64,000 nt of DNA from Candidatus Bruticola sp. (GCA_051874735.1 JBJEGD010000002.1:67721-131720); one strand, 5' to 3'. Shown: positions 31,122-41,716, counted from the first letter of the stretch. Notes: a model not told the origin generated them from the letters alone. A program made the numbers and translations.

Positions 31122-33242
31122 ATGACCGATACTATGCGGCCTCAGGACAGCAACGACTGCAATTCTGAGCAAATTATCACTTCCAACGCAGCGTCCCTAC
31201 CACAACCACCTCAAATTAACGTAACAGCCGCTTATTCTATGAGCGAAGTAGAAAAAGAGGCTTTAGCTCAATCTTTAAACCAAGCTATCGACCATGCAGT
31301 TGACTGGTTAAAAACCGAACAGACAGAGCGTGGCTATTGGGCAGGATTTCTAAAAACGAACTCTGCTATCGAGGCAGAGTGGATTATGGCCATGTACTTT
31401 TTAGGTATTGACGATGATCCTAAGTACAATGATGTAGTCCGCTCTATATTAAACGAACAGCGTCCTGACGGTTCCTGGAGTGTTTATTACGGTTCTACCT
31501 ATGGTGACATTAATGCCACAGTAGAAAGTTATACAGCCTTAAAAATTGCGGGCCATGCAGCTGATGCACCACATATGCAGAAGGCAAGACAGTGGATCAT
31601 ATCTAAGGGCGGTTTGAAACATGTGCGCGTCTTTACCCGATTCTGGCTAGCTTTATTAGGTGAATGGCCCTGGGAAGCTTGCCCCAATCTGCCTCCGGAA
31701 ATTATCTTACTGCCCAACTGGTTCCCCATTAACCTATACAAATTCGCTAGTTGGGGACGCGCTACTATTGCCGCTCTTTGCCTTATATCAGCTGATCATC
31801 CGGTTAAAAAGCTCCCGGCAGATAAACGTCTTGATGAACTCTTTCCTCAAGGACGCAATCACATGGACTATTCGCTGCCCAAAGCCTCTACTCCCTGGGG
31901 CCATTTTTTCGCCGCAGCCGACAAGCTTTTAGGTTTATATACAGCAAAATCACCAATTAAACCTTTGCGCAAAACAGCTCTTAAGCTCTGCGAACAATGG
32001 ATCATAGAGCGTCAGGAAAAGGACGGATGCTGGGCAGGTATTCAGCCTCCCTGGATTTACGCGTTAATCGGTTTATATACTCAAGGGTATTCAGTTGACC
32101 ATCCAGTGGTCAAGGCTGGCTTACAGGCTTTTAATGAACCCTGGGCTTTCAAAACGGAACAAGGCACATACCTGCAGTGCTGCACTTCACCAGTATGGGA
32201 CACCGTCTTAAGTTTAGTGGCTTTGAGCGACTGCAACGTAGAGGGAAGCCAGGAGATGGTCAAAAAAGCCCTGCGCTATACTCTAGATGAACAGATTATG
32301 AGTCGCGGAGACTGGCAGGTAAACAGCCCTCATACAGAGCCAGGCGGCTGGGCCTTTGAATACGAAAATGATTGTTATCCTGACGTCGATGACTCTGCCG
32401 TAGCCCTTACCGCTTTACTTCGCTATCGCAGCCAAGCACAAAATGTAGCTGAAATTGATATAGCCTTAAAACGTGGCTTCCAGTGGCTGAGAGCTCTGCG
32501 GTCTGCTAACGGTGCCTGGGGTGCTTTTGATAAAAACAACGATTGCGAATTAGTCTGCCAAATTCCCTTCTGCGATTTCGGGGAAGTGCTAGATCCTCCG
32601 TCAGCCGACGTCACGGCCCATGTTATTGAAGCCTATGGAACAGCCGGTCAAACCATTCACCAAAGTGCTATGCTCCGCCAAGCCGTCAACTATCTGCGCC
32701 AGGAACAGGAAGCAGACGGTAGTTGGTTCGGACGCTGGGGTGTTAATTATATATACGGTACAGGTTTGGTTCTGCCCGCTTTGCAGTCTGTAGGAGTAGA
32801 CATGCAGAGTCCCTGGATCAAAAAGGCTGCAGATTGGTTAGTTTCAGTACAAAAATCTGATGGCGGCTGGGGCGAATCGTGTGCGACCTATATGGATCCT
32901 AGTTTGAAAGGACAAGGTTCTGCCACCCCTAGCCAAACAGCTTGGGCTCTAATGGGCTTACTGGCGATGGAAGATCACAGTTACGATCAGTACATACTAA
33001 AGGGCCTTAGCTGGCTGACCTCTCACCAAAAATATGGCTCTTGGGAGCAAAAAGAGTATACTGGCACCGGATTCCCAGGTTATGGAGCTGGAGCCCGCAC
33101 GGAAATTAAGCAAGGTTCAGTTCTGGATCAGGGTGAGGAACTCAGCCGAGGCTTTATGCTTAACTACGCCATGTACCGTCACTATTTCCCCATGATGGCC
33201 TTAGGCAGAGCTCGGCGCCATTTTGCTCTGCCGATTCGCTAG
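31122..33242 (+). CDS. shc: Squalene-hopene cyclase (triterpene cyclase, class II).
   Basis: Multiple QW motifs (EQRPDGSW, RQEKDGCW, LRSANGAWG, QEADGSWFGRWG, VQKSDGGWG) and the protonation motif DVDDSAV (DxDD). RBS aaggagag upstream. Confidence 0.85.
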   Translation: MTDTMRPQDSNDCNSEQIITSNAASLPQPPQINVTAAYSMSEVEKEALAQSLNQAIDHAVDWLKTEQTERGYWAGFLKTNSAIEAEWIMAMYFLGIDDDPKYNDVVRSILNEQRPDGSWSVYYGSTYGDINATVESYTALKIAGHAADAPHMQKARQWIISKGGLKHVRVFTRFWLALLGEWPWEACPNLPPEIILLPNWFPINLYKFASWGRATIAALCLISADHPVKKLPADKRLDELFPQGRNHMDYSLPKASTPWGHFFAAADKLLGLYTAKSPIKPLRKTALKLCEQWIIERQEKDGCWAGIQPPWIYALIGLYTQGYSVDHPVVKAGLQAFNEPWAFKTEQGTYLQCCTSPVWDTVLSLVALSDCNVEGSQEMVKKALRYTLDEQIMSRGDWQVNSPHTEPGGWAFEYENDCYPDVDDSAVALTALLRYRSQAQNVAEIDIALKRGFQWLRALRSANGAWGAFDKNNDCELVCQIPFCDFGEVLDPPSADVTAHVIEAYGTAGQTIHQSAMLRQAVNYLRQEQEADGSWFGRWGVNYIYGTGLVLPALQSVGVDMQSPWIKKAADWLVSVQKSDGGWGESCATYMDPSLKGQGSATPSQTAWALMGLLAMEDHSYDQYILKGLSWLTSHQKYGSWEQKEYTGTGFPGYGAGARTEIKQGSVLDQGEELSRGFMLNYAMYRHYFPMMALGRARRHFALPIR

Positions 33243-33270
33243 AGATAGAATTAGACTGCCTCCCTAGCAG

Positions 33271-33330
33271 CATATCTGACTGGCCGACTTCTCAGCCCGG
33301 CCAGCCAGATATAGCTCCCAATTTTTTTTG
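33271..33330 (+). terminator. Putative rho-independent terminator after shc: long imperfect hairpin followed by T8.
   Basis: catatctgactggccg ... cggccagccagatatag inverted repeat, then tttttttt at 33322..33329. Confidence 0.4.
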
Positions 33331-33347
33331 ACAAAGGAGCTTTAAAG

Positions 33348-34784
33348 GTGAAATACAAAGAGAAAATAGAGGGGCTTGAAGAGGCGAAGAAGCAGGGGGC
33401 TTTCGTGCGTTTAGGCTCTGATTACGAAGATTTTGCCATCAATTTGAATTTGGGCTGGATGCTTTACGATTCTATTGGCACATACGCCTGCCTCAAAGCC
33501 TTTCCCGATTTAAACGCCTCACAAATTTCTCGTGCTTGGCTTACAGATGACCTGGACAGAGCCCAACCTTTGCTCGATGTATTTGAGCTTTCAGATGAAG
33601 GAGCCGCTGAAACGGGTTATCCCGAACATAAAATTCTGCTCTTCTTCGGACCGATATCTCCACAAGCTCGCAGAGTCCGTTTAGAAGTGCAGCGTCTTGA
33701 ACCTTCAGGTCCCGGACTCAGCTACCTCCACCCTATCGTTGATCCTTTCGCTTCTATGGGAGATCATCAGGCAGTACATATAATGGCTTGGGAAGAGCCA
33801 GATGATCCCATGGCTCCTATACCGATAGGAACTATTGCAGGGTGTTGGGCTTTCAATGTCGATTGTCCGCGCCGCAGCGGAACTTGGACCTATGCTAAAC
33901 GCTTCCATCTTTGCCAAGAGATAAATATAGGCAGTGCTTGTATGTTCTTGGAGTTTTTAGACAGAGGAATTACCGGTTGGCGTTTGTCGAGTCGATTTTT
34001 ATCGGGAACTAACCGCTTTACCGATCTGAATGAACTGCAGGCCATTTTGTGGGAAAACTCCTCCCCCGACAATTTTATTGCCCAGCTCAGCGAAGAGGGA
34101 CTCTTAGACAGCTTTGCTCCTCCAGTTATGCGCATGCAGTTACAATGTGTTGATACTGACGGCACATTAATTAAAAATGCGCAACTAAACGATATTTACG
34201 GGCCTCTAGGGGTATTGAACAATAAGTTCTACCACTATTTTTCTCCCGATTTTGCGGAAAACGAAATTCCCAATCGACTGTCTATCAGCAAAATTATCGA
34301 AATGCCTCTTCCCAGTCCTTGGATATATAATTTTGATCCCAAAGATATATCCTCTATGCCTACAAAAGTGACTGAAGATCTGCCCTATTTTTCTCTTAAG
34401 CTCAAGCTCAGCATAGAAGGTTTGTATTGGGAAGACAATATGATGCTGATAGCCCCCATGGCCATTATGGATCAAGATTCAGACGCTCAAGTTGATCTGG
34501 CCGACTGCGCTATACGAAACCTGAAAAATGGTGAAGCTTGTTTCTGTTTGGGACAAAGTTTAGTCGATCTGCCCCAGCCTAAAGCTTCTTTGAAGAGAGA
34601 TCAAGTCTACGGTTGGCAGTATCCTCCAGTTCATAAGCATACCCGCAGTGCTAGTTTTGAAGTGTACACCATCAACATTACTCCTAAAGAAAATATTATT
34701 ATCAATATAGTACCCGTAGAGGCAGATCGCCAAACAGATCAGGACAACTACACTCTGCCCATGGCAGAAGATTTAGACGACTAA
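33348..34784 (+). CDS. Hypothetical protein of 478 aa with no recognisable domain.
   Basis: Long ORF with protein-like composition, immediately downstream of shc and upstream of pepT. Confidence 0.5.
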   Translation: MKYKEKIEGLEEAKKQGAFVRLGSDYEDFAINLNLGWMLYDSIGTYACLKAFPDLNASQISRAWLTDDLDRAQPLLDVFELSDEGAAETGYPEHKILLFFGPISPQARRVRLEVQRLEPSGPGLSYLHPIVDPFASMGDHQAVHIMAWEEPDDPMAPIPIGTIAGCWAFNVDCPRRSGTWTYAKRFHLCQEINIGSACMFLEFLDRGITGWRLSSRFLSGTNRFTDLNELQAILWENSSPDNFIAQLSEEGLLDSFAPPVMRMQLQCVDTDGTLIKNAQLNDIYGPLGVLNNKFYHYFSPDFAENEIPNRLSISKIIEMPLPSPWIYNFDPKDISSMPTKVTEDLPYFSLKLKLSIEGLYWEDNMMLIAPMAIMDQDSDAQVDLADCAIRNLKNGEACFCLGQSLVDLPQPKASLKRDQVYGWQYPPVHKHTRSASFEVYTINITPKENIIINIVPVEADRQTDQDNYTLPMAEDLDD

Positions 34785-34861
34785 ATTTGTTAAGCGATTC
34801 TGAGCTTTTTAACTTCTGCAGGTACATAAAAATAAAAAGCAAGGAGAACACAGTTAAAGTA

Positions 34862-36094
34862 ATGGCTATAGTTGAACGTTTCTGCCGCTATGCGGCCATT
34901 GATACTCATGCCGATGAGGACAGCACTAGCAGTCCTTCAACTCCTGAGCAAATAGAATTTAATAAACAACTAAAAAAAGAGCTTATAGAAATGGGATGTC
35001 AAGAAGTTATCTTAGATGATTACGGTATCTTGACAGCTACTATTCCAGCCAATCGCCCCAATATTCCAGTTATAGCCTGGCTGGCCCACGTAGACACCTC
35101 TCCAGAAGTCGACAGCCGCAACGTTAAGCCCCAAGTAGTGCCTAATTACCAAGGCCAAGTTCTGGTCTTGCCCGGTGATCCTTCCCAGAAACTTGATCCA
35201 GAAGAATTTCCTGAGCTCAAAACTGTCATTGGTCATACTTTAATTACTACTGACGGCACAACTCTTTTGGGCAGCGACTGCAAATCAGGTCTAACCGCTA
35301 TAGTTGAAGCTGCTGAGCATTTAATTAACCATCCGGAAATTCCTCACGGTGAAATACGCTTAGTTTTCTCAATCGACGAAGAAATAGGCAAAGGCACAGT
35401 CCATATGAATCCAGAGCGCATAAAAGCTGATGTGGCCTATACCCTCGATGGAGGGGCAACTTCCATGATCGACTGTGAAACCTTCTCTGCCGATCTGGCT
35501 GTAGTTACCATCGAAGGCATCAATACTCATCCAGCCCACGGAAAAGGGCACATGGTCAACGCTCTGACCATAGGTGCAGACTTTGTATCCCGTTTACCTA
35601 AGCTAATTTTAACTCCCGAAACCTCCGATGGGCGCCAAGGTTTTCTCCATCCTTACTCTTTTGAAGGTTCAGTAGGTTTTACAGAAATTAAAATTATTTT
35701 GCGCGACTTCGAAACTGAAGCTTTGGCCCAGTATGCTAAAATACTCACAAATATTGCAGAGAACTTAGCTGCTGAAAATCCACGAGCCTCCATAAATGTC
35801 AACGTAGTTAAACAATATCGCAATATGCGCGAAGGTTTATCTAAAGATCCCCGCGCTCTTGACTACGCAGAAGAAGCCATGCGCAGATTAGGCATAAATC
35901 CTGAACGCACTATAATAAGAGGCGGAACTGACGGATCTGGCCTGACAGAAATGGGGCTCCCTACTCCCAACTTATCTAGCGGTCAGCACAATATCCATTC
36001 ACGTTTAGAGTGGACCAGCGCCGAAGAGATTGAACAGACAAAAAATGTGCTGTTGTCTTTAGCCCAAATTTGGTATGAGCACAGCTTAGATTAA
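34862..36094 (+). CDS. pepT: Peptidase T (tripeptide aminopeptidase, M20B).
   Basis: Collinear with E. coli PepT: ERFCRYAAIDTHADED, WLAHVDTSPEVD, LLGSDCKSGLTAIVEAAEHL, RGGTDGSGLTEMGLPTPNL. The start is taken at MAIVERF (the upstream Met in the ORF track is probably not used). Confidence 0.75.
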   Translation: MAIVERFCRYAAIDTHADEDSTSSPSTPEQIEFNKQLKKELIEMGCQEVILDDYGILTATIPANRPNIPVIAWLAHVDTSPEVDSRNVKPQVVPNYQGQVLVLPGDPSQKLDPEEFPELKTVIGHTLITTDGTTLLGSDCKSGLTAIVEAAEHLINHPEIPHGEIRLVFSIDEEIGKGTVHMNPERIKADVAYTLDGGATSMIDCETFSADLAVVTIEGINTHPAHGKGHMVNALTIGADFVSRLPKLILTPETSDGRQGFLHPYSFEGSVGFTEIKIILRDFETEALAQYAKILTNIAENLAAENPRASINVNVVKQYRNMREGLSKDPRALDYAEEAMRRLGINPERTIIRGGTDGSGLTEMGLPTPNLSSGQHNIHSRLEWTSAEEIEQTKNVLLSLAQIWYEHSLD

Positions 36095-36129
36095 AAAAAA
36101 TATTAAGGAAAGCAGTTTTTTTACAATAA

Positions 36130-36165
36130 TATTAAGAAAGACTGCCTGTTTGGTGGTATAATCTA
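36130..36165 (+). promoter_or_regulatory. Candidate sigma70-type promoter with an extended -10 (tggtataat).
   Basis: ttggtggtataat at 36153..36165, about 130 nt upstream of ORF 36293..36709. Confidence 0.25.
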
Positions 36166-36292
36166 GGCAGATGCGGTGCTAAATTGCCTTCTAAGCCTGC
36201 CTTAGAATTAGTTTTAGCAAGTATTAACGCTATTTTTCTAATTACTGCTTATCAATATTATTTAGTTCAGCGCAACGAAAGGGTGTACTACA

Positions 36293-36709
36293 ATGGATGC
36301 TATTGGCGGTATCAGATCTGCTTCAGTTTCTCTCAGCGGCAAAGTTTCAGCCGGAGAAGTTATGAGAGAAGCCAATCACGCTATAAGCAAATGGGATTTG
36401 CAAAACTTAGGCTGGCGCGGATTCCAACAGCTCGACTGGGTGACCGACATTACGAACAAATACCCCGAAGCGGTCAATATTGCTCACACTTGCTCTTCTC
36501 ATCAGCCTGGCTACTTAGATCAGGTCAGTGATCTTTTTGAGGGCATGCCTAAGGCCGATCAAAAAGAAGTTCACAAGTACTTCATCGGCAAGCTTGGCCT
36601 CGAGGAGCTTTCCTGCCGCAGAAGCGGAGCAGCCGGCGGTCTCTGCGACAAGAAGGGAGCTTATCTGCAAATTTGCCAGTTAACTAAAGAGCTCAGCAGC
36701 GGCAACTAA
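36293..36709 (+). CDS. Hypothetical small protein (138 aa).
   Basis: More protein-like composition than the overlapping alternative ORF 36184..36531. Followed by a terminator-like hairpin. Confidence 0.35.
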   Translation: MDAIGGIRSASVSLSGKVSAGEVMREANHAISKWDLQNLGWRGFQQLDWVTDITNKYPEAVNIAHTCSSHQPGYLDQVSDLFEGMPKADQKEVHKYFIGKLGLEELSCRRSGAAGGLCDKKGAYLQICQLTKELSSGN

Positions 36710-36737
36710 ATTTTATACCAACCTGACTTATTAAAGA

Positions 36738-36772
36738 AATCCTCTTACTTGTACAGTGTAGGGGATTTTTTT
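36738..36772 (+). terminator. Putative rho-independent terminator (imperfect stem plus T7).
   Basis: aaatcctct...aggggattt followed by ttttttt. Confidence 0.35.
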
Positions 36773-36947
36773 ACTTCTACAGCTCAGAAATACCTAAAAT
36801 TACAGTCATGCTGCAGGCTATAATTTTCTTGTGTTGAAGCTCTGGCCTGTCATTTATAAGACTGTTTGTTTGTTGTATTATCAACGATTTATAAAAGATT
36901 ATTAACCATCAACAGCACTAAAATGCTTATTAAGCGAGGTTATTTCT

Positions 36948-38528
36948 ATGTTTTTAGAACGCTGTAGCGGAGTACTGCTTCATCCAACCTCACTGCCTGG
37001 CCAGTACGGAATAGGTACTTTCGGCCATGAAGCTTATGAATGGATCGATTTTTTGGAGCGTACTCAACAGACTCTTTGGCAGATACTTCCTTTGGGGCCG
37101 ACCTCTTACGGAGATAGTCCTTATCAAAGCAGCAGTACTTTTGCAGGGAACCCCTATTTAATTAGCTTAGACAGCATGATTGACGAAGGCCTGCTAACTC
37201 GTGAACTTCTCATTGAAGCGGTAGGCTCTCCCGATTTCAATGCTAATTCTGACACTGTCGATTTTGGTTCTCTTTACAAGTGGAAACTTCCGCTTTTAAA
37301 TAAAGCAGCGGCCATGTTCGATGAAGACTCCTCTTCCTCTTTGGCCAAAGACTACAAAAAATTCTGCAAAGAAAACAAAAGCTGGCTAGACGATTACTCT
37401 CTTTTTAGTGCTTTAAAAAAGAAATTTTCCGATAAAGCTTGGACAGAATGGCCAGATGAGTACCGGTTGCGCAAAGAAAAAGCCCTACGCGAAGCCAAGC
37501 AGCAGCTGGCTCCTCAGATAAAGTGCTACTGCTTTATTCAGTGGGTTTTTGATCGCCAATGGAATAAACTCCGCGCCTATGCTAATCAAAAAGGCATAAA
37601 GATTGTCGGCGATCTGCCTATTTTTGTGGCCATGGATTCAGCTGACGCCTGGACTAACACTTCCCTTTTCTGCTTTGATAAAAATTTAGTGCCCACTGCG
37701 GTAGCCGGTGTGCCACCAGATGGATTCAGTGCAGACGGTCAGTTGTGGGGCAACCCGCTTTATAATTGGGACAAACTTAAAAAAACTAGTTACGCCTGGT
37801 GGATTGAGCGCTTAAAGGCGGCTCTCAAGCGCCAAGACTATGTCCGCATCGATCACTTCAGAGGCTTTGCCGCTTACTGGGCAGTGCCTTTTGGCGAAAA
37901 GACAGCGAAAAACGGTAAATGGCTTAAAGGACCTGGGCTCGACTTCTTCAAGGCAGTTCAGAAAGCTTTAGGCAGCAATCTTCCTATCATTGCTGAAGAT
38001 CTCGGACTTATTACCGACGACGTCATTCAATTGCGTGATACTTTTAACTTCCCCGGCATGAAAATTTTACAGTTTGCTTTTGGAAGCGATGCTAGAGCGG
38101 AGTATTTGCCGCACAACTATCAACCTAACTGCGTAGCTTACACCGGCACACACGACAACAACACCGCCCAAGGTTGGTATGCGGGCGATGCTTTTGAGAA
38201 GGAGAAAGATTATTTACGCCGCTACTTCTCAACCGACGGTTGGGACGTAGCTTGGACTATGATTCGCGGTATTTTCTCATCTGTAGCCCAAGCAGCTATT
38301 GTACCTGCTCAAGATTTACTTAGCTTAGGTAAAGAGGCCCGTATGAATTATCCGGGTAAGTCCATAGGGAACTGGAGCTGGCGCTTCCGCCGTGAAATGT
38401 TCAACGGACATATTGAGTGGCGTCTCAAAGAAATGACCTCAATTTACGGACGCGAGCGGGATAAACAGATCATTGTCCCAGATGAGGCCAGCCAAAAGGC
38501 AGCCGAAGCAGCCATGCACGCTGAATAA
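36948..38528 (+). CDS. malQ: 4-alpha-glucanotransferase (amylomaltase, GH77).
   Basis: N-terminal RCSGVLLHPTSLPGQYGIG. Family-typical DSADAW, IDHFRGF and YTGTHDNNT motifs. 526 aa. Confidence 0.85.
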   Translation: MFLERCSGVLLHPTSLPGQYGIGTFGHEAYEWIDFLERTQQTLWQILPLGPTSYGDSPYQSSSTFAGNPYLISLDSMIDEGLLTRELLIEAVGSPDFNANSDTVDFGSLYKWKLPLLNKAAAMFDEDSSSSLAKDYKKFCKENKSWLDDYSLFSALKKKFSDKAWTEWPDEYRLRKEKALREAKQQLAPQIKCYCFIQWVFDRQWNKLRAYANQKGIKIVGDLPIFVAMDSADAWTNTSLFCFDKNLVPTAVAGVPPDGFSADGQLWGNPLYNWDKLKKTSYAWWIERLKAALKRQDYVRIDHFRGFAAYWAVPFGEKTAKNGKWLKGPGLDFFKAVQKALGSNLPIIAEDLGLITDDVIQLRDTFNFPGMKILQFAFGSDARAEYLPHNYQPNCVAYTGTHDNNTAQGWYAGDAFEKEKDYLRRYFSTDGWDVAWTMIRGIFSSVAQAAIVPAQDLLSLGKEARMNYPGKSIGNWSWRFRREMFNGHIEWRLKEMTSIYGRERDKQIIVPDEASQKAAEAAMHAE

Positions 38529-38550
38529 AAGAAGCTAAGTTGACTGCATA

Positions 38551-38586
38551 AAAAAATCCTCAGAAAATTTCTGAGGATTTTTTTCT
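38551..38586. terminator. Bidirectional rho-independent terminator between malQ (+) and the minus-strand gene pair.
   Basis: Perfect hairpin aaatcctcag / ctgaggattt flanked by an A-tract upstream and a T-tract downstream. Confidence 0.65.
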
Positions 38587-38587
38587 T

Positions 38588-38824
38588 TTATCCAGCTAAT
38601 TCCCAAACAAGATTGAGTTTACCATTTAAATCTACAAAAGTGCTGACTAAACGAAGTCCCTGCATAGTACTTACTTGAGTCAGATAGTCGCTCAGCTCAT
38701 CAGCAGAATAATCAGCTTGCTCTAAAGTTTCGACAACATAAGCGTAAGAATTAGGCTCACTCATAGGCGGATTAATTTTTTTCCTTTCTATACAGTATTC
38801 TGCCCAAATTGCTCCGACTTTCAT
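38588..38824 (-). CDS. Hypothetical small protein (78 aa), probably co-transcribed with the upstream HAD hydrolase.
   Basis: ORF begins 4 nt after the HAD gene stop. No recognisable domain. Confidence 0.35.
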   Translation of the reverse strand: MKVGAIWAEYCIERKKINPPMSEPNSYAYVVETLEQADYSADELSDYLTQVSTMQGLRLVSTFVDLNGKLNLVWELAG

Positions 38825-38828
38825 GATT

Positions 38829-39473
38829 CTAAGTAAGCAGACGCCTTTGCACTAAATCTTGATATAGTTTTTCCACGGACGTAAAAACTAAAGCATTCAT
38901 GCCAAGTTTTTGAGCAGCTTCAGTATTAGACTGCTGGTCATCTATAAAAAGACACTGCTTGAGAGATACTCCTCCCTTAGCAGCAGCCAGTTTAAAAATT
39001 TCTGCCTGAGGCTTGCGCATGCCTTCCCTACAAGAGAGTACACACGGATTAAAAAGGGCATAAAATCCTATTTTTTCCAAAATTTCAGCATGATCAGCTA
39101 TAATGTTGCTCAAAGCCCCCACAGCTAATCCGTTCTGACGCAGAGCTTCAACTAAACGTTTCATACGCTCATCGATACGCACCGTAGCTCGAAAAATGTT
39201 TTTCCAAAATTCCCCGCAGTTGCTAACAATACTGAGAGACCCTTCTCCACTTTTCCATAAATTCTCGCCTATTTTTTGCCAAAATTCATCAGAACTAATA
39301 GCACCAGTTTCAAACACAGGCAGCAACTGAGCGATTTCACGACGAAGAGGCGCCGGAGTAGTTTGAAAAGCAGCACAACCTAACTGTACATAGCGATCGA
39401 GTTCAGCTTCTACAAATACACCGCCAATATCAAACAGAACAAGCTTTATTGGTTTAGTACCAAAAAATAGCAT
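38829..39473 (-). CDS. HAD-superfamily hydrolase.
   Basis: Motif I LVLFDIGGVF (DxG). Motif III/IV region LFIDDQQSN. 214 aa. Confidence 0.7.
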   Translation of the reverse strand: MLFFGTKPIKLVLFDIGGVFVEAELDRYVQLGCAAFQTTPAPLRREIAQLLPVFETGAISSDEFWQKIGENLWKSGEGSLSIVSNCGEFWKNIFRATVRIDERMKRLVEALRQNGLAVGALSNIIADHAEILEKIGFYALFNPCVLSCREGMRKPQAEIFKLAAAKGGVSLKQCLFIDDQQSNTEAAQKLGMNALVFTSVEKLYQDLVQRRLLT

Positions 39474-39837
39474 GGCAGCACCTTCTTACCACTGATTATA
39501 ATTTTAGGCAAATTTTCTCTATAAAAATAAAGCCTCCCTTTAGCCCCAAATTAGTTGCCCTTATTGAGCTTAAGGCTCAGCGTATCAATGCACCATAGTA
39601 GGGAAAACGTTTTCAAGCAAGAAACAGACAATCCGCCTGCGCTCATCAACAAACGGCTGAAACGTACAGACATAAAAGTTGTATCTGCAGGGATATACAA
39701 AGTAAAAAAATAAGCAGGGCAAATCACTTTAAGCGAATATGTAACGCAATCGGAACTTTTTCTTAGGCGATACAGCTATTCAGCTGGTTCCCAAGATAAA
39801 GCCGAAAATTTTATTTTGGCCCGCCAGTTAGAACAAA

Positions 39838-41637
39838 TTGAACACCAACGATTCTTCAAACCACACTGTCAGCAATGACAATATCCAAATAAACTGGCCC
39901 AAGCTTGCAGTGTCATCATTAGGTGCCGTGGCAGTAATTTATTTATGTATATGGCTGCTCGTACACCTTTTTAACACGTTTTTTGTGCATAAAACTTCAC
40001 CTTTTATTGGGCTAATTCCAAATTCCGTTCCTTTAGCTGTGGAGGGCAGCCCCGATCAGGTCGCGGAATTTTTGCAGAAGCGCTGCGGCCTTATTACCGA
40101 TTTTGATAAACATCTGTCGCAGAAATATCCGAAAGCGCGCACTTTAATAGCTCTTATGCCAAGTGATGGCTTGGGCAGTTCTTTAGAATGTCAGTCTTAT
40201 TTACTCGATTTAGCTTCCAATATCGAAGAACTGTGGAACAAAAATTACGCTTATCCAGTTTCAGTCCCTCCATTTCCTCCTTGTCCGGCAGGAGGACAGG
40301 CCGTTTACAGCAGTGATGAGCAACAATTTACTATTATCTGTACAGGGCAGCAGCATCGCACAGAATACAATTCATTTGAGGGGTTAGCAGCTCCAACATC
40401 TAAGGTCGCGTCTCTTACTCCAGCTTCTAACGTTCAAGCTCCTTCGAATCTGCCGGAGCGGTCTAACCGCAATTTTGAGGAAGCAGCTAAAGAGCGCTTA
40501 GATTCACTGCAAGACACCCCAAATGTTCTGGAAGCTATAAAGCGGACAGATATTTCGGCGAATATGCAAGCTCAAAAAACAAACTCTCTTTCGGAAGCGA
40601 CCTCAGAAGAGAACGAGGTATCTTACTATGAAAAAACAATTACAGCTTCAGGTGATTTAGCCGAAAAATTAGACAATCAAAATATACCTTTAGGACTTCA
40701 GGATTTGCCAAGTACTTTCAAATTCCGCGAGCCCTTTATTATTGCTATCGCTAATGTCGAAGAGAATCTACCAGAATGCTTCCGACTGCCTAAATTTAAG
40801 AATTTACAAATATGGGCTTCATCTCCTGAAAGCGCCCAAAAAATTTTAGCAGGCCGTACTCCTAAGAGCGAATCATTGTTCTTAGAGTCGGCTGATACGA
40901 CAAAATTTCAGATATTCTGTCGTAACTCAGTATTCAACGAGCTATTCCAAGATATACCTCTTAAACTTCCTGCAGACTCTTGGATCAGTCTTCATCAATC
41001 TACTGACAGCACTACTAGTAAAGATTGTTACGACGGCGAGATCGTTTTACCTGATAAGTATAAAAATCAGTTAGATAAAATCACTTCACAAAGCAGAGAA
41101 GCAGAAAAGCTGCTCTCCAGTCTTGATCCGTCCTCAGTTTCTTTCAGTGCCAATCCGAATATACTTAAATGGTTTTCTGTTCCCAATTTAGGATGGGGAA
41201 TCGTCGCCAAACAAGAGGAACAAAGCCTGGAACTTCAGCCCAATTTAATGGGAATAAGCTTAGATAGTTCCAACCAGACGTCACTAAAACAAATCTTTGT
41301 AAATTTGGCCAAAGCTTTCAAAGGGAGAATCAGTTTTAATGCTTCGCTAAAGTTTGACACTGACCAGAGCGCCTCTTCTTGGTCAGCTAATAGCCCTCTA
41401 GGCCCAGTTATCCAAGTTAAAGGCCCAGAATTATCCGTAAAAACTGGTTCTTTATCTAAAAATAAAGCAGTTTCTCTGCCTAAAGGGCCAACCACTCCTC
41501 AAGTCTGCGGTTGGTATACTGTAAATACGGCTCCAGACCAAAAAACAGTAGTTGTCTTCTCCTCAGGTACAATTAAAAATGAAGATGACAAGAGCGAATG
41601 CTCTATGTGGTTTAAAATAGAAAAAAGGCACGAGTAA
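39838..41637 (+). CDS. Membrane-anchored hypothetical protein (599 aa): N-terminal TM helix then a large domain of unknown function.
   Basis: TM LAVSSLGAVAVIYLCIWLLVHLF. No recognisable domain. Strong terminator follows. Confidence 0.5.
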   Translation: MNTNDSSNHTVSNDNIQINWPKLAVSSLGAVAVIYLCIWLLVHLFNTFFVHKTSPFIGLIPNSVPLAVEGSPDQVAEFLQKRCGLITDFDKHLSQKYPKARTLIALMPSDGLGSSLECQSYLLDLASNIEELWNKNYAYPVSVPPFPPCPAGGQAVYSSDEQQFTIICTGQQHRTEYNSFEGLAAPTSKVASLTPASNVQAPSNLPERSNRNFEEAAKERLDSLQDTPNVLEAIKRTDISANMQAQKTNSLSEATSEENEVSYYEKTITASGDLAEKLDNQNIPLGLQDLPSTFKFREPFIIAIANVEENLPECFRLPKFKNLQIWASSPESAQKILAGRTPKSESLFLESADTTKFQIFCRNSVFNELFQDIPLKLPADSWISLHQSTDSTTSKDCYDGEIVLPDKYKNQLDKITSQSREAEKLLSSLDPSSVSFSANPNILKWFSVPNLGWGIVAKQEEQSLELQPNLMGISLDSSNQTSLKQIFVNLAKAFKGRISFNASLKFDTDQSASSWSANSPLGPVIQVKGPELSVKTGSLSKNKAVSLPKGPTTPQVCGWYTVNTAPDQKTVVVFSSGTIKNEDDKSECSMWFKIEKRHE

Positions 41638-41675
41638 AAAACAGTCGAGCTTCAACCGCTCGACTGTTTTTTTTA
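41636..41675. terminator. Bidirectional rho-independent terminator shared by the 599-aa gene (+) and the GNAT gene (-).
   Basis: Perfect 10-bp stem acagtcgagc / gctcgactgt. aaaaa upstream and tttttttt downstream. Confidence 0.65.
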
Positions 41676-41716
41676 GATTTAGTGTATAGCCCATACATCG
41701 CCCAACAGATACACTA

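Noticed and set aside
36184-36531. Alternative ORF overlapping 36293..36709 in another frame.
   Set aside because: Its translation is low complexity and Tyr/Arg/Ser-rich. The overlapping frame is more protein-like. Only one can plausibly be real.
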